From contig CAWDWO010000016.1 of assembly GCA_963806035.1 (NCBI GenBank), positions 1 to 64,000 on the forward strand: 64,000 nt of DNA, written 5' to 3'. This DNA is from Candidatus Krumholzibacteriota bacterium. Lineage in GTDB: Bacteria; Krumholzibacteriota; Krumholzibacteriia; JAJRXK01. The position numbers and the translations under genes were made by a program. Each line of letters starts with the position of its first letter. The stretch's first letter is position 1. The notes beneath the pieces were generated by a model. It was not told the DNA's origin, did not search any database, and saw only the letters and a program-made list of their open reading frames with translations. Of the stretch, positions 55,253 through 64,000 are shown one piece after another.

Positions 55253-56725
55253 ATGAGTGTCTCGGTCTTCGAGAAACTGGAACCCGCCCTCATTTGGAAA
55301 CACTTCGAAGCTCTGACGAGCATTCGGCGCCCCTCCGGCGAAGAGGAGCAAGCGCAGGAATATGTACGGAATTGGGCCCGGGAACATGACTTCGCGCTGC
55401 AGGAAGATGCCACCGGCAATCTGGTGGTGAGGGTGCCGGCGAGCCCGGGCAAGGAGAAGGCCCCGGTGGTGATCATCCAGGGTCATCTCGACATGGTCTG
55501 CGAGCGAAATTCGGACAGCCCCTACGATTCCTTCGCGGGCAAGCTCCACCTCCTGCGCGAGGACGACTGGATCAAGGCCGACGGCACCACGCTCGGGGCC
55601 GACAACGGTATCGGAGTGTGCGCGGGAATGGCGGCGGCGGAGGATCCCGCAGTCCAGCACGGACCTCTCGAACTCCTCTACACGATCGACGAAGAGACCG
55701 GGATGACGGGCGCGCGCGGACTCTCGACCGAGATGTTGAGCGGCAAGTTGATGCTCAATCTGGATTCAGAGGACGACGACCTGATCTTCGTCGGCTGTTC
55801 CGGCGGGAAGGATACACAGTACCGCATGCCCATCACCCGCGAAAAAGTGCCCGCGGGACATGTGGTGAGAAAGCTGAGCATCGGCGGGTTGAGCGGCGGA
55901 CACTCCGGACTGGACATCAACCGCAATCGCCTGAATGCGATCAAGGCTCTGGCCCTAATCCTGAATGAAAGCGGCAAGAGCGCTGATTTCGAGCTGCTCC
56001 ACATCGAGGGCGGAAAGATGCGTAACGCCATCCCGCGCGAAGCGCATGCCCTCCTCGCACTGGATTCCAAGCAGGAGGAGGCCCTGCGCAAGGCGGTGGA
56101 GGCAGTGGCCACCCAACTTCGCGCGCAGTACGAAAAACTCGAGCCCGGCTTTGGTGTGCAGCTGGAGTCGGCGGATGGGAAGCTCATGCAGCAGGGAGTC
56201 TTCCCGCGCGAATTGAAAGAGCGCTTGCTGGCCTTCCTCATGGCGATCCCCAGCGGAGTGGTGGCGATGAGCCAGGACATCGAGGGACTGGTCGAGACCT
56301 CGACCAACCTCGGGGTGCTCAAGACCGGCCCGGATGCGCTGGAGGTCGTCTCGTGCTCGCGCTCTTCGCTGGGACCCGCGCTGAAGGCGGTGCTCGGGCA
56401 ATTGGCCGCCATCGCGCGGCTGGCTGGCGTGGAGATCGAGGAGGTCGGGGGTTATCCGGGCTGGAAACCCAACATGGATTCGCGTGCTCTCAAGACGGTG
56501 AAGGAGAGCTATGAGAGGCTCTTCGGAGAGGCCCCCCAGGTCACTGCCATCCACGCGGGCCTGGAGTGTGGCCTGATCGGCGAGCACTTGCCCGGCATCG
56601 ACATGGTGTCCTTCGGTCCCTCGATTCGGGGAGCCCACTCGCCGGACGAGCGGGTGAGCATTGCCTCAGTCCAGAAGTTCTATCGGCTCTTGAGCGAAGT
56701 GCTGAAAGAGTTGGCCAAGAGCTGA
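55253..56725 (+). CDS. pepD: Aminoacyl-histidine dipeptidase (M20)
   Basis: QGHLDMVCE, TTLGADNGIG, DEETGM.GA, NLDSED, GGHSG.DI, IHAGLECG. Confidence 0.93.
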   Translation: MSVSVFEKLEPALIWKHFEALTSIRRPSGEEEQAQEYVRNWAREHDFALQEDATGNLVVRVPASPGKEKAPVVIIQGHLDMVCERNSDSPYDSFAGKLHLLREDDWIKADGTTLGADNGIGVCAGMAAAEDPAVQHGPLELLYTIDEETGMTGARGLSTEMLSGKLMLNLDSEDDDLIFVGCSGGKDTQYRMPITREKVPAGHVVRKLSIGGLSGGHSGLDINRNRLNAIKALALILNESGKSADFELLHIEGGKMRNAIPREAHALLALDSKQEEALRKAVEAVATQLRAQYEKLEPGFGVQLESADGKLMQQGVFPRELKERLLAFLMAIPSGVVAMSQDIEGLVETSTNLGVLKTGPDALEVVSCSRSSLGPALKAVLGQLAAIARLAGVEIEEVGGYPGWKPNMDSRALKTVKESYERLFGEAPQVTAIHAGLECGLIGEHLPGIDMVSFGPSIRGAHSPDERVSIASVQKFYRLLSEVLKELAKS

Positions 56726-56749
56726 GTTCCCCGCGGGTTCATGGCGTGC

Positions 56750-56783
56750 TTGATTTTCTTCCTTTATGATCATATGTTCATAA
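56750..56783 (+). promoter_or_regulatory. Putative promoter overlapped by a 20-bp operator-like palindrome
   Basis: TTGATT-17 bp-TATGTT; palindrome TTATGATCATATGTTCATAA at 56764-56783 with one mismatched pair. Confidence 0.7.
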
Positions 56784-56804
56784 CTGTGATCTCGAGGAGG
56801 ATCC

Positions 56805-57227
56805 ATGCCCCGACCGCAGTCACCCCGCCGCATTTCTGAAGATCTCGCCGCCTTGGTCTTCAAACCGCGTGGCGTGCCGGCGTGGCAGATGGAGACCCTC
56901 GAGCTCACGCTCGATGGACTCGAGGCTTTGCGCCTGGCCGATCTGGAGGGCCTGTATCAGGAGGAAGCGGCGCGGCGCATGGGGATTTCCCGGCCCACCT
57001 TCGCCCGCATCGTGGCCGAGGCGAGGCAGACCGTGGCCAGAGCTCTGCTGGAAGGCAAGGCCCTGGCGGTGCAGGGGGGGATGGTCGAGCGGGGCGCGGA
57101 CAAGTCGTGGCCCTGTCCCGTCCACGGACAAAGGCGACGGCGAGGACGTGGTTGCCGTTGCGAAGAGTCAAAAGCAGGAGGCAAGAGTCATGGAGACAGG
57201 TCGGCGAACGGTGGCGATCGCCAGTAA
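56805..57227 (+). CDS. DUF134 family HTH protein
   Basis: MPRP...R.I, FKPRGVP, LEALRLADLEGLYQEEAA.RMGISRPTF.RI...AR..VA.AL.EGK; GAGGAG RBS. Confidence 0.92.
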   Translation: MPRPQSPRRISEDLAALVFKPRGVPAWQMETLELTLDGLEALRLADLEGLYQEEAARRMGISRPTFARIVAEARQTVARALLEGKALAVQGGMVERGADKSWPCPVHGQRRRRGRGCRCEESKAGGKSHGDRSANGGDRQ

Positions 57228-57576
57228 CGGCACGCTCGGACTGAAGGGCAGCGTCAGCCAGCATTTTGGTCACTGCCGCAGTTGGGTGTTCGTGGACCTC
57301 GAGGGAGAGGAGATTCTCGAGGTGCGGACACTCGCGAACCCTTTCGAGCACGAGCACAGCTGCTCGACGGTGGCGGCGTTTTTGTCCGAGCAGGGCGCCA
57401 AGGTGGTGTTGGCCGGAGGGCTCGGGCGCAACGCGCACGGCCATCTCTTGAGCCTTGGAATCGAGGCCGTGTCCGGGTTCAGCGGTGGAGTGGAGGAATG
57501 CCTGCACTCGTGGATGCAGGGAGTGAAACCGGGACCGGCGGTGTGTGAACACCACGGGCACGGAGAGCATCATTAG
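57190..57576 (+). CDS. NifB/NifX family (FeMo cofactor-binding-like) protein
   Basis: VAIAS, VSQHFGHC, NP, VVLAGGLG, His-rich tail CEHHGHGEHH. Confidence 0.85.
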   Translation: METGRRTVAIASNGTLGLKGSVSQHFGHCRSWVFVDLEGEEILEVRTLANPFEHEHSCSTVAAFLSEQGAKVVLAGGLGRNAHGHLLSLGIEAVSGFSGGVEECLHSWMQGVKPGPAVCEHHGHGEHH

Positions 57577-57588
57577 ATCCAGAAAGCT

Positions 57589-58077
57589 CTAAATGCGCTG
57601 ATAGCTCCAGGAGAGCGGTTCGTCGTTTTCATACGGCATGTAGCCGTGGAAGCAGCGTGGATCGTCGTCGAAGACGAGCGGCAAGAAATAGCGATCGCCT
57701 TTCCACATGGGGAGGCGATCCAGCTCTCCGAGCTCATACCAGTCCAGCGTGCCTTCGGCATTCTCTTCGAAAGGAGTGCCCTCGAACTTCTCGATCAGGA
57801 AGATGAAGCCGAGCCAGTCCTCGCCGTTGGGTCCGAATCCGGTCCAGTTGACGGTGCCCCTCAGGCGCATCTCTAGCACTCGCAAGCTGGTTTCTTCCGC
57901 AATTTCTCGTCGCATGCAGCTCACCACGTCCTCGGTGGGGAGCATTTTCCCCCCGACCCCGTTGTACTTGCCGAGCTGGTCGTCGTCGGCCCGAAACGAG
58001 CGATGCACCAGAAGAGTTTTGGTGCGATCGGGCGAGAGAATGTAACCCAGAGTGCCGACGATGGGCGTGTAACGCAT
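57589..58077 (-). CDS. NUDIX hydrolase (8-oxo-dGTP diphosphatase-like)
   Basis: GKYNGVGGKM...E....C..REI.EET.L Nudix box; EGTL.W, LPMW.GD. Confidence 0.9.
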   Translation of the reverse strand: MRYTPIVGTLGYILSPDRTKTLLVHRSFRADDDQLGKYNGVGGKMLPTEDVVSCMRREIAEETSLRVLEMRLRGTVNWTGFGPNGEDWLGFIFLIEKFEGTPFEENAEGTLDWYELGELDRLPMWKGDRYFLPLVFDDDPRCFHGYMPYENDEPLSWSYQRI

Positions 58078-58214
58078 GGAGTTCCCTTTCGAGCCCAGCG
58101 CGATGCAACCATTGGTTGGATTCGTGCGTCTTGCCATAGTAACGTGTACTCATTCCGTGATCACCGATTTTCCGCGTCCGCCCGCAGCGGTCCGCGGATC
58201 CAGTGGAGGATCTA

Positions 58215-59363
58215 GTGTCCAAGCGTCTTGCCCGGTGCGCTCTCACCGCACTCGTCCTGTCATCTTGTCTCTCTCTTTTCAGCGCCTGCAGCCACCATGG
58301 CCCCAAAAAGGACGGCAGCGCGGCCAAATCCGAAGCGTCCGCGGATTCGACCCTGCAGTCCGCGAAGGGTGATTCGGTGACGAAGAAGGACGAGGCCATT
58401 CCGGTCGAGATCGGGGTGCTTCGGGAGGGGCCCATGGAGGCGGTGATCAAGTCTTCGACGAACATCGAAGCGGAGAGTCACATTCAAGTGGTGTCGGAGG
58501 CGGCCCGGCGCGTGCGCCAGCTCCTTGCCGAAGAGGGCGATCGCGTGCAGAAGGGTGAGGTGTTGCTGCGCCTGCAGGACGAAGATCAACGCAGCGATGT
58601 CGAAAAGGCAAAGTCACAACTCGAACACTCGCGGGACGAACTCACGCGGCAGGAGGAGCTGCAGAAGAAAGGACTGACGACCGATCAGGCCCTCAAGGAC
58701 GCGCGCTATACCTTCGAGCAGAACAAGCTGGCCTACGACGACGCAATGCGCGAATTGAGTCACACCGAGGTACGCGCGCCGATCGCGGGAACCATCACGA
58801 AGCGTCTGGTCAGCCTGGGCGATAACGTCACCGTCGGACAGCCCCTCTTCGAGATCATCGACTTCGAATCGATGGTGGCGCGCGTCTACATTCCCGAAAA
58901 CGATCTGCCTCAACTGGCGCTCGGTCAAACCGCACGCGTGTACGCGACGGCCGCGCGCGAGAAGGCCTACCACGGCGTCGTTTCCAGGATCTCTCCGGTG
59001 GTGGACGCCAAGAGTGGCACCGTGAAAGTGACGGTCTCCTTGGGAGAGCAACCGGGACTGAGGCCGGGGCTCTTCGTGGATCTCGAGCTGATCACCGCCG
59101 TGGATCAAAACGCCCTGAGAATGCCCAAGCGCGCCCTGGTGTATGACAACGACCAGATCTTCGCCTACCGCCTGGTGGCCGATCGAAAGGTCGAGAAACT
59201 GCCGGTGGTGCCGGGCCTCACCGGTCAGGACTACCTGCAGCCTCTCAGCAACTTCGCCGAGGGAGACACGGTCGTGGTTACCGGACAAGCCGCGTTGAAG
59301 GATGGCGCCAAAGTGCGCGTCGTCAACTCCGATGCTCTCACTGCGGAGGCCACTCAGCAGTGA
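58215..59363 (+). CDS. RND efflux periplasmic adaptor subunit (lipoprotein)
   Basis: Lipobox FSAC; EEGD.V.KG.VL, VRAPI.G, ISP.VD..SGT, LRPG.FV. Confidence 0.9.
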   Translation: MSKRLARCALTALVLSSCLSLFSACSHHGPKKDGSAAKSEASADSTLQSAKGDSVTKKDEAIPVEIGVLREGPMEAVIKSSTNIEAESHIQVVSEAARRVRQLLAEEGDRVQKGEVLLRLQDEDQRSDVEKAKSQLEHSRDELTRQEELQKKGLTTDQALKDARYTFEQNKLAYDDAMRELSHTEVRAPIAGTITKRLVSLGDNVTVGQPLFEIIDFESMVARVYIPENDLPQLALGQTARVYATAAREKAYHGVVSRISPVVDAKSGTVKVTVSLGEQPGLRPGLFVDLELITAVDQNALRMPKRALVYDNDQIFAYRLVADRKVEKLPVVPGLTGQDYLQPLSNFAEGDTVVVTGQAALKDGAKVRVVNSDALTAEATQQ

Positions 59364-62300
59364 GCCCCAAGACGGTTCGTTCCTTCGTGACCGACCGGCC
59401 GGTAGCGGTGCTGATGCTCTTCATCGCCGCGGTCGTTTTCGGTGGCTTCTCCTACGGGAGACTCGCGCTCACGCTGATGCCAGAGCTGAGTTATCCCACG
59501 CTCACGGTGAGAACCGAATATCCCGGCGCCGCTCCGGAGGAAGTGGAGAACGACATCTCCCGCCCGGTGGAAGAAGCCCTGGGAGTGATCGGAGGTCTGC
59601 GCAAGATCAGCAGCGTGAGTCGCTCCGAAGTGAGCGACGTGGTGCTGGAGTTCTCGTGGGATACCAACATCAACGACGCCACCCAGTCGGTGCTCGAGCG
59701 TCTGGATCTGGTCTTTCTTCCCGACGAAGCGAAGCGGCCGCTCATTCTGCACTTCGATCCTTCGCTGGATCCGGTGATGGAGCTGAGCCTCTCGGGCCAG
59801 GGAAAGCGCTTCGAAGGCGAGGAGGGTCTGCGCCGCTTGCGGCGTCTGGCGGATCTCTACGTCAAACGCCAACTGGAACCCATCAAGGGGGTCGCCGCGG
59901 TCCGGGTCAAAGGTGGCCTGGAGGAGGAGATCAACGTCCTGCTCGACGAAGGTGAACTGCGGCGCACCGGCATCCCCATCCAGCAGGTCATCGATCGCCT
60001 GGCTCAGGAGAACATCAACGTCGCCGGAGGCACGATCCAGGAGGGCCGCACCGAGTACCTGGTGCGGACTCTGAACGAATACGAAAACCTGGACCAGATC
60101 GAAGATACCATCGTCGCCAGCATCGGCGGTCGCGACGTGAGGGTGAAGGACCTGGGGAAGGTCGAGTTCTCGCACAAAGAGCGGCAGATCGTCACGCACA
60201 CGGACGGCAGCGAGAGCGTTCAGATCGAAATCTACAAGGAAGCCGATGCCAACATCGTCTCGCTCGCGAAGAACGTGAAATTCCTCGTGGGGAAGGCCGA
60301 TCCCGAATCGGATTCGGGTCGGGGATTGGCCCAACAGATCTACAAGGATGAAGGTGCGCAGCTCAAAGTCGTGGCCGACCGCTCCGTGTTCATCGAGAGC
60401 TCGATCAAAGAGCTGCGCAACACCGCGCTACTCGGCGGGCTCTTGGCCATTTTCGTGCTCTACCTCTTTCTGCGAGAGTTCAGGAGCACCGCGATCATCG
60501 CGGTCAGCATTCCGATTTCGCTCTTGGTCACTTTCGCTCCCATGCACCTCTTCGGGGTCTCGCTCAACATCATGTCCCTGGGCGGGCTCGCCCTGGGGAT
60601 AGGAATGTTGGTGGACTCGTCCATCGTCGTGCTGGAGTCGATCCACCGCTGCCGGCAGGAAGGTGACGACTTCGTTCCCGCCGCGGTGCGAGGAACCCAG
60701 GAAGTGCGTTCCGCGGTATGGGCATCGACTCTCACCTCGATCGCCGTCTTTTTCCCCATGGTCTTCGTGCAGGGAGTCGCGGGGCAGGCCTTCGGCGATC
60801 TCGGGCTGGCGGTGGTGGCGTCCCTCCTGGCCTCCGCGGCGGTGGCGCTCTATCTCATTCCGATGCTGGCCAGCCGCAGCGGGATCAAGGTGGAAGAGCT
60901 GAGCACCAGCGAGCTGCGACTGGCCCACTTTGGCAGCTTCGGCAGATTCAAGAGCGCCTTCGGCGATCGCTCGCCTCGCGCGCGCATTGTCTTGATCGCG
61001 ACCCTGCTGCCCGCGCTGTACTTCGTGCTGCGGCTCGTGGTGGGAGTTCTTCTCGAGCTCGTCGGCAAGCTGATCTTAGTTTTGTTCATGCTGGTGGTGG
61101 GCGCCATGCGGCGCATCCTCTGGCCCATCGGCGCGCGCGTGCTCCAGGTGGTCCTCTTTCTGTTCTTGAAGGCCACGAACGCCGCCTTGGGATGGCTACA
61201 GAGAGTGTACCCGCGCGCTCTGCGCTGGATTCTGGCCAACCCGGGCATCACCATCGTCTTCGTTTTGGCGGCTCTGGGAACCACGGTTCTCGTGGGCGCC
61301 TCACTCGACAGCGAGTTGTTGCCCCAGGTTCATCAGGGAGAATTCACGGTGGAGGTCACCTTGCCGGTGGGCACCCCGCTGAAAGAAACCATGGCGCGGT
61401 TGGAACCGGTCGAGAATGCCATCCTCACCAACAAGAAGGGGATCGAATCCCTCCTCGTCACCTATGGCTACGACCCCGCGCAATCGGAGGACTCGGACGA
61501 GGGGGAACATACCGCGAAGTTCAAGGTGTTGTTGGCCAAGGGCTCGCGGGGCGCCAAGGCCGAGGAACGGATCATCAAGAGCCTCAGGACGCGGCTGGCG
61601 GACCTGCCCGACGTCAGTGCACAGATCACACGCCCGGTGCTGTTTTCCTCGAAGACCCCTGTCGAAGTCGAGATCTACGGTGACGATCTCGTCGAACTGC
61701 GACGCATGTCCGAACGAGTACGCAAGCTCATGGGGGCGATGCCCGCTCTCGCCGACGTCGAAGCCACCCTGCAGAGCGGCGCGCCGGAAATCCAGGTCGT
61801 TTACGATCGCGATCGCCTCTCACGCTTCGGCCTGAACATCCGAAAGATCGCGCAGATGGTGCGCGACAAAGTCCAGGGAAACGAGGCCACGCGTTTCAAC
61901 CTGCTCGACCGGCGTGTGCCTATTTTGGTTCGTCTGGACGAAAAGGAACGGGAAACGGTGGGCGACGTGGAGGGACTGGTCGTCAATCCCGAGGGCGAAC
62001 GGCCCATCACGCTGGGTTCGGTGGCGAAAGTGGAAGTGGGGGAGGGCCCCAGCGAGGTGCGGCGCGTGGATGGCCGGAGAGTGGCGCTCATTCGAGCCAA
62101 CCTGAGTCAGGGCTCCCTGAGCGAGGCGGTGGAATCGATCAAGAGCGAACTGCATCGGCAGGTGGATTGGCCCACGGGAATGGGCTTTTTCATCAGCGGG
62201 CAGAACGAGGAGTGGGAACACAGCAAGGGAAGCCTCTACCTCGCGCTGGCGCTGTCGATTTTCCTGGTCTACGTGATCATGGCCATTCAGTTCGAGTCCT

Positions 62301-62785
62301 TGCTTCATCCCCTGGTGGTCATGTTCAGCATTCCACTGGCCTTTCTGGGTACGGTCATCGTGCTCAAGATCCTCGGCTTCGCGCTCTCGGTCGTCGTGTT
62401 TCTGGGAATGATCATGTTGGCCGGGATCGTGGTGAACAACGCCATCGTTCTGGTGGATTACGTCAACCAGCTGCGCCGCCGCGGCCTGAAGATCGAGGAA
62501 GCCATCGTCGAAGCGGGGAGCGTGCGTCTGCGGCCCATTCTCATGACGACGGCCACCACCGTGCTGGGACTTGCGCCGATGGCGCTGGGCCTGGGAGATG
62601 GCTCGGAGATCCGCACGCCCATGGCCGTATCCGTCATCAGCGGGCTTCTCTCCTCGACCGTCCTCACGCTGCTCGTCATTCCCAGCCTCTATCTCATGCT
62701 CGATAGGCTGGTTTCGCGTATCCGAGAGCGCGTCACCACGAAGGCCGAAATCGCAGGAGTGGAAAGCGGGCGGAGCGAGTCATGA
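59360..62785 (+). CDS. RND efflux permease subunit (AcrB/AcrD/AcrF family)
   Basis: RPVAV, YPGA.PEEVE, LNIMSLGGLALGIGMLVDSSIVVLE, GIVVNNAIVLVD, RLRPILMTT. Confidence 0.95.
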   Translation: MSPKTVRSFVTDRPVAVLMLFIAAVVFGGFSYGRLALTLMPELSYPTLTVRTEYPGAAPEEVENDISRPVEEALGVIGGLRKISSVSRSEVSDVVLEFSWDTNINDATQSVLERLDLVFLPDEAKRPLILHFDPSLDPVMELSLSGQGKRFEGEEGLRRLRRLADLYVKRQLEPIKGVAAVRVKGGLEEEINVLLDEGELRRTGIPIQQVIDRLAQENINVAGGTIQEGRTEYLVRTLNEYENLDQIEDTIVASIGGRDVRVKDLGKVEFSHKERQIVTHTDGSESVQIEIYKEADANIVSLAKNVKFLVGKADPESDSGRGLAQQIYKDEGAQLKVVADRSVFIESSIKELRNTALLGGLLAIFVLYLFLREFRSTAIIAVSIPISLLVTFAPMHLFGVSLNIMSLGGLALGIGMLVDSSIVVLESIHRCRQEGDDFVPAAVRGTQEVRSAVWASTLTSIAVFFPMVFVQGVAGQAFGDLGLAVVASLLASAAVALYLIPMLASRSGIKVEELSTSELRLAHFGSFGRFKSAFGDRSPRARIVLIATLLPALYFVLRLVVGVLLELVGKLILVLFMLVVGAMRRILWPIGARVLQVVLFLFLKATNAALGWLQRVYPRALRWILANPGITIVFVLAALGTTVLVGASLDSELLPQVHQGEFTVEVTLPVGTPLKETMARLEPVENAILTNKKGIESLLVTYGYDPAQSEDSDEGEHTAKFKVLLAKGSRGAKAEERIIKSLRTRLADLPDVSAQITRPVLFSSKTPVEVEIYGDDLVELRRMSERVRKLMGAMPALADVEATLQSGAPEIQVVYDRDRLSRFGLNIRKIAQMVRDKVQGNEATRFNLLDRRVPILVRLDEKERETVGDVEGLVVNPEGERPITLGSVAKVEVGEGPSEVRRVDGRRVALIRANLSQGSLSEAVESIKSELHRQVDWPTGMGFFISGQNEEWEHSKGSLYLALALSIFLVYVIMAIQFESLLHPLVVMFSIPLAFLGTVIVLKILGFALSVVVFLGMIMLAGIVVNNAIVLVDYVNQLRRRGLKIEEAIVEAGSVRLRPILMTTATTVLGLAPMALGLGDGSEIRTPMAVSVISGLLSSTVLTLLVIPSLYLMLDRLVSRIRERVTTKAEIAGVESGRSES

Positions 62786-64000
62786 CTCCGAGACCCTCCG
62801 ACAGGGAACCCGCGCTGCCGCGCTTTTCTCTGCGGCGGCCCATCACCGTTTTGGTTCTTCTGGTGGCGGTCGTGGTGGTGGGTGTGGTGGCCGCGATCGG
62901 GATTCCGGTGGAACTCATCCCCAAGGGCTTCACCAACCCCTCGCTGACCATCTTCGTACCCTGGCGCGACTCGCCGCCGCGCGAAGTGCTCGAGAAGATC
63001 GTGCAGCCTCTGGAAGACGAGATGGGGACGGTGCGCGGTCTGGACAGCGTGTCCTCGGCGTCCTCGGTGGGACGCGCGCGCGTCTTCTTGCGTTTCAAGC
63101 AGAGCACCGACATGGACCTGGCCTATCGCGAGGTGCGCGATCGGGTCGAGAGAGCGCGCCGCTCGTTCCCCGATGACGTGGACGAAGTCTACATCTTCAA
63201 GCACGACACTTCGGGAATCCCGGTTTACGTGGTGGGAGTCGCCGTCGATCCCGATGTGAGCGACACCTACAATCTCATCCAGAAACAGATCGTACTGCCC
63301 TTGGAACGCACCGACGGCGTGGCCAAAGTCGAAGTGCAGGGACTCGAGGAGAAAGAAATTCTCATCGAGCTGGATCGCGACCGCACCGAAGCCAGCGGGC
63401 TCAACATCTACCAGATGGCCCAAGAACTCGGCAGCGACTCCTTCACCATGGCCAGCGGAAAAGTTTACGAGGGAGGAAAGAAGCTGCTGTTGCGCTCGGT
63501 GGCGCGCTACAAGGACATCGAAGCATTGCGCAATCGTCCGGTCGCTCCGGGCATACGTCTGCGAGACATCGCCACCGTCAAGTATGAGGAGCCCGAGAAA
63601 CGCTACCGCGTACGCGCCATGAGCCGCCCCGCCTATGCCCTGGTCGTGTTCAAGGAAGGCGAAGCCAACGCGCGCGCGGTCTGCCGCCGTCTCGACAAGG
63701 TCTACGAGGAACTCGCTGCGGATCCGCGTCTTTCGAGCGTCGAATTTCTGGAAATCTTCGATCAGGGCGACGTGATCCAGGAGAGTCTGACCACGCTGCT
63801 CCAGAGCGGCGCCATCGGTGGACTGATCGCCGGTCTGGTGCTCTTCTTCTTCTTGCGGAGATTCCGGGTGACCATGGTGGTGAACCTGGCCATTCCCCTC
63901 AGTCTGCTGGTGGCTCTCACCGTGATGTTCTTCGCCGGTCAGTCGATCAACATCATCTCGATGCTCGCTCTCATGGTGAGCGTTGGACTTCTGGTGGACA
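62782..64000 (+). CDS. Second RND permease subunit, truncated at the window edge
   Basis: ATGA coupling; MTPRPSDREPALPRFSLRRPITV...; reaches INIISML...VGLLVD at the window end. Confidence 0.88.
   Translation, partial: MTPRPSDREPALPRFSLRRPITVLVLLVAVVVVGVVAAIGIPVELIPKGFTNPSLTIFVPWRDSPPREVLEKIVQPLEDEMGTVRGLDSVSSASSVGRARVFLRFKQSTDMDLAYREVRDRVERARRSFPDDVDEVYIFKHDTSGIPVYVVGVAVDPDVSDTYNLIQKQIVLPLERTDGVAKVEVQGLEEKEILIELDRDRTEASGLNIYQMAQELGSDSFTMASGKVYEGGKKLLLRSVARYKDIEALRNRPVAPGIRLRDIATVKYEEPEKRYRVRAMSRPAYALVVFKEGEANARAVCRRLDKVYEELAADPRLSSVEFLEIFDQGDVIQESLTTLLQSGAIGGLIAGLVLFFFLRRFRVTMVVNLAIPLSLLVALTVMFFAGQSINIISMLALMVSVGLLVD

Noticed and set aside
57190..57576. Nitrogen fixation
   Set aside because: NifB/NifX-family domains are common outside diazotrophs, and no nifHDK genes are present.
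1..64000. tRNA, rRNA, CRISPR array or prophage
   Set aside because: None was recognised by eye; tRNAscan, Infernal and CRISPR finders were not run.

Overview
GC-rich bacterial chromosomal window with about 55 coding regions and no rRNA, tRNA or CRISPR array that I can recognise. Signal-peptide proteins ending in a SWGxLKxxF/Y tail, a PorV-like barrel and a FlgD-Ig-type C-terminal domain suggest an FCB-affiliated diderm lineage (Krumholzibacteria/Latescibacteria/Eisenbacteria-like; inference). Much of the window is housekeeping or stress genes: GNATs, cysteine synthase, SDRs, RutE-like nitroreductase, TMEM175, CDF, AI-2E, alanine/glycine symporter, acyl-CoA dehydrogenase, CorA, PepD, NUDIX and an RND pump truncated at the right edge. 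The most notable regions are: (1) 46.9-54.0 kb, a divergent locus with a single-polypeptide ECF sigma/anti-sigma/TM/TPR fusion, a signal-peptide TPR-CHAT caspase-like protease, an unknown protein and a divergent subtilase, a candidate CRISPR-independent protease-triggered signalling system; (2) 12.7-16.8 kb, four paralogous secreted six-cysteine proteins with a shared C-terminal tail; (3) 18.6-28.0 kb, an operon of a beta-barrel, a ~1900-aa TANFOR-like protein and an FN3-repeat protein; (4) a 1258-bp IS1-like element with perfect 28-bp inverted repeats; (5) a 20-bp operator-like palindrome before DUF134-NifB/NifX; (6) two apparent frameshifts and a 55-aa gene missed by the ORF track. All product calls come from reading motifs by eye; no database searches were run.
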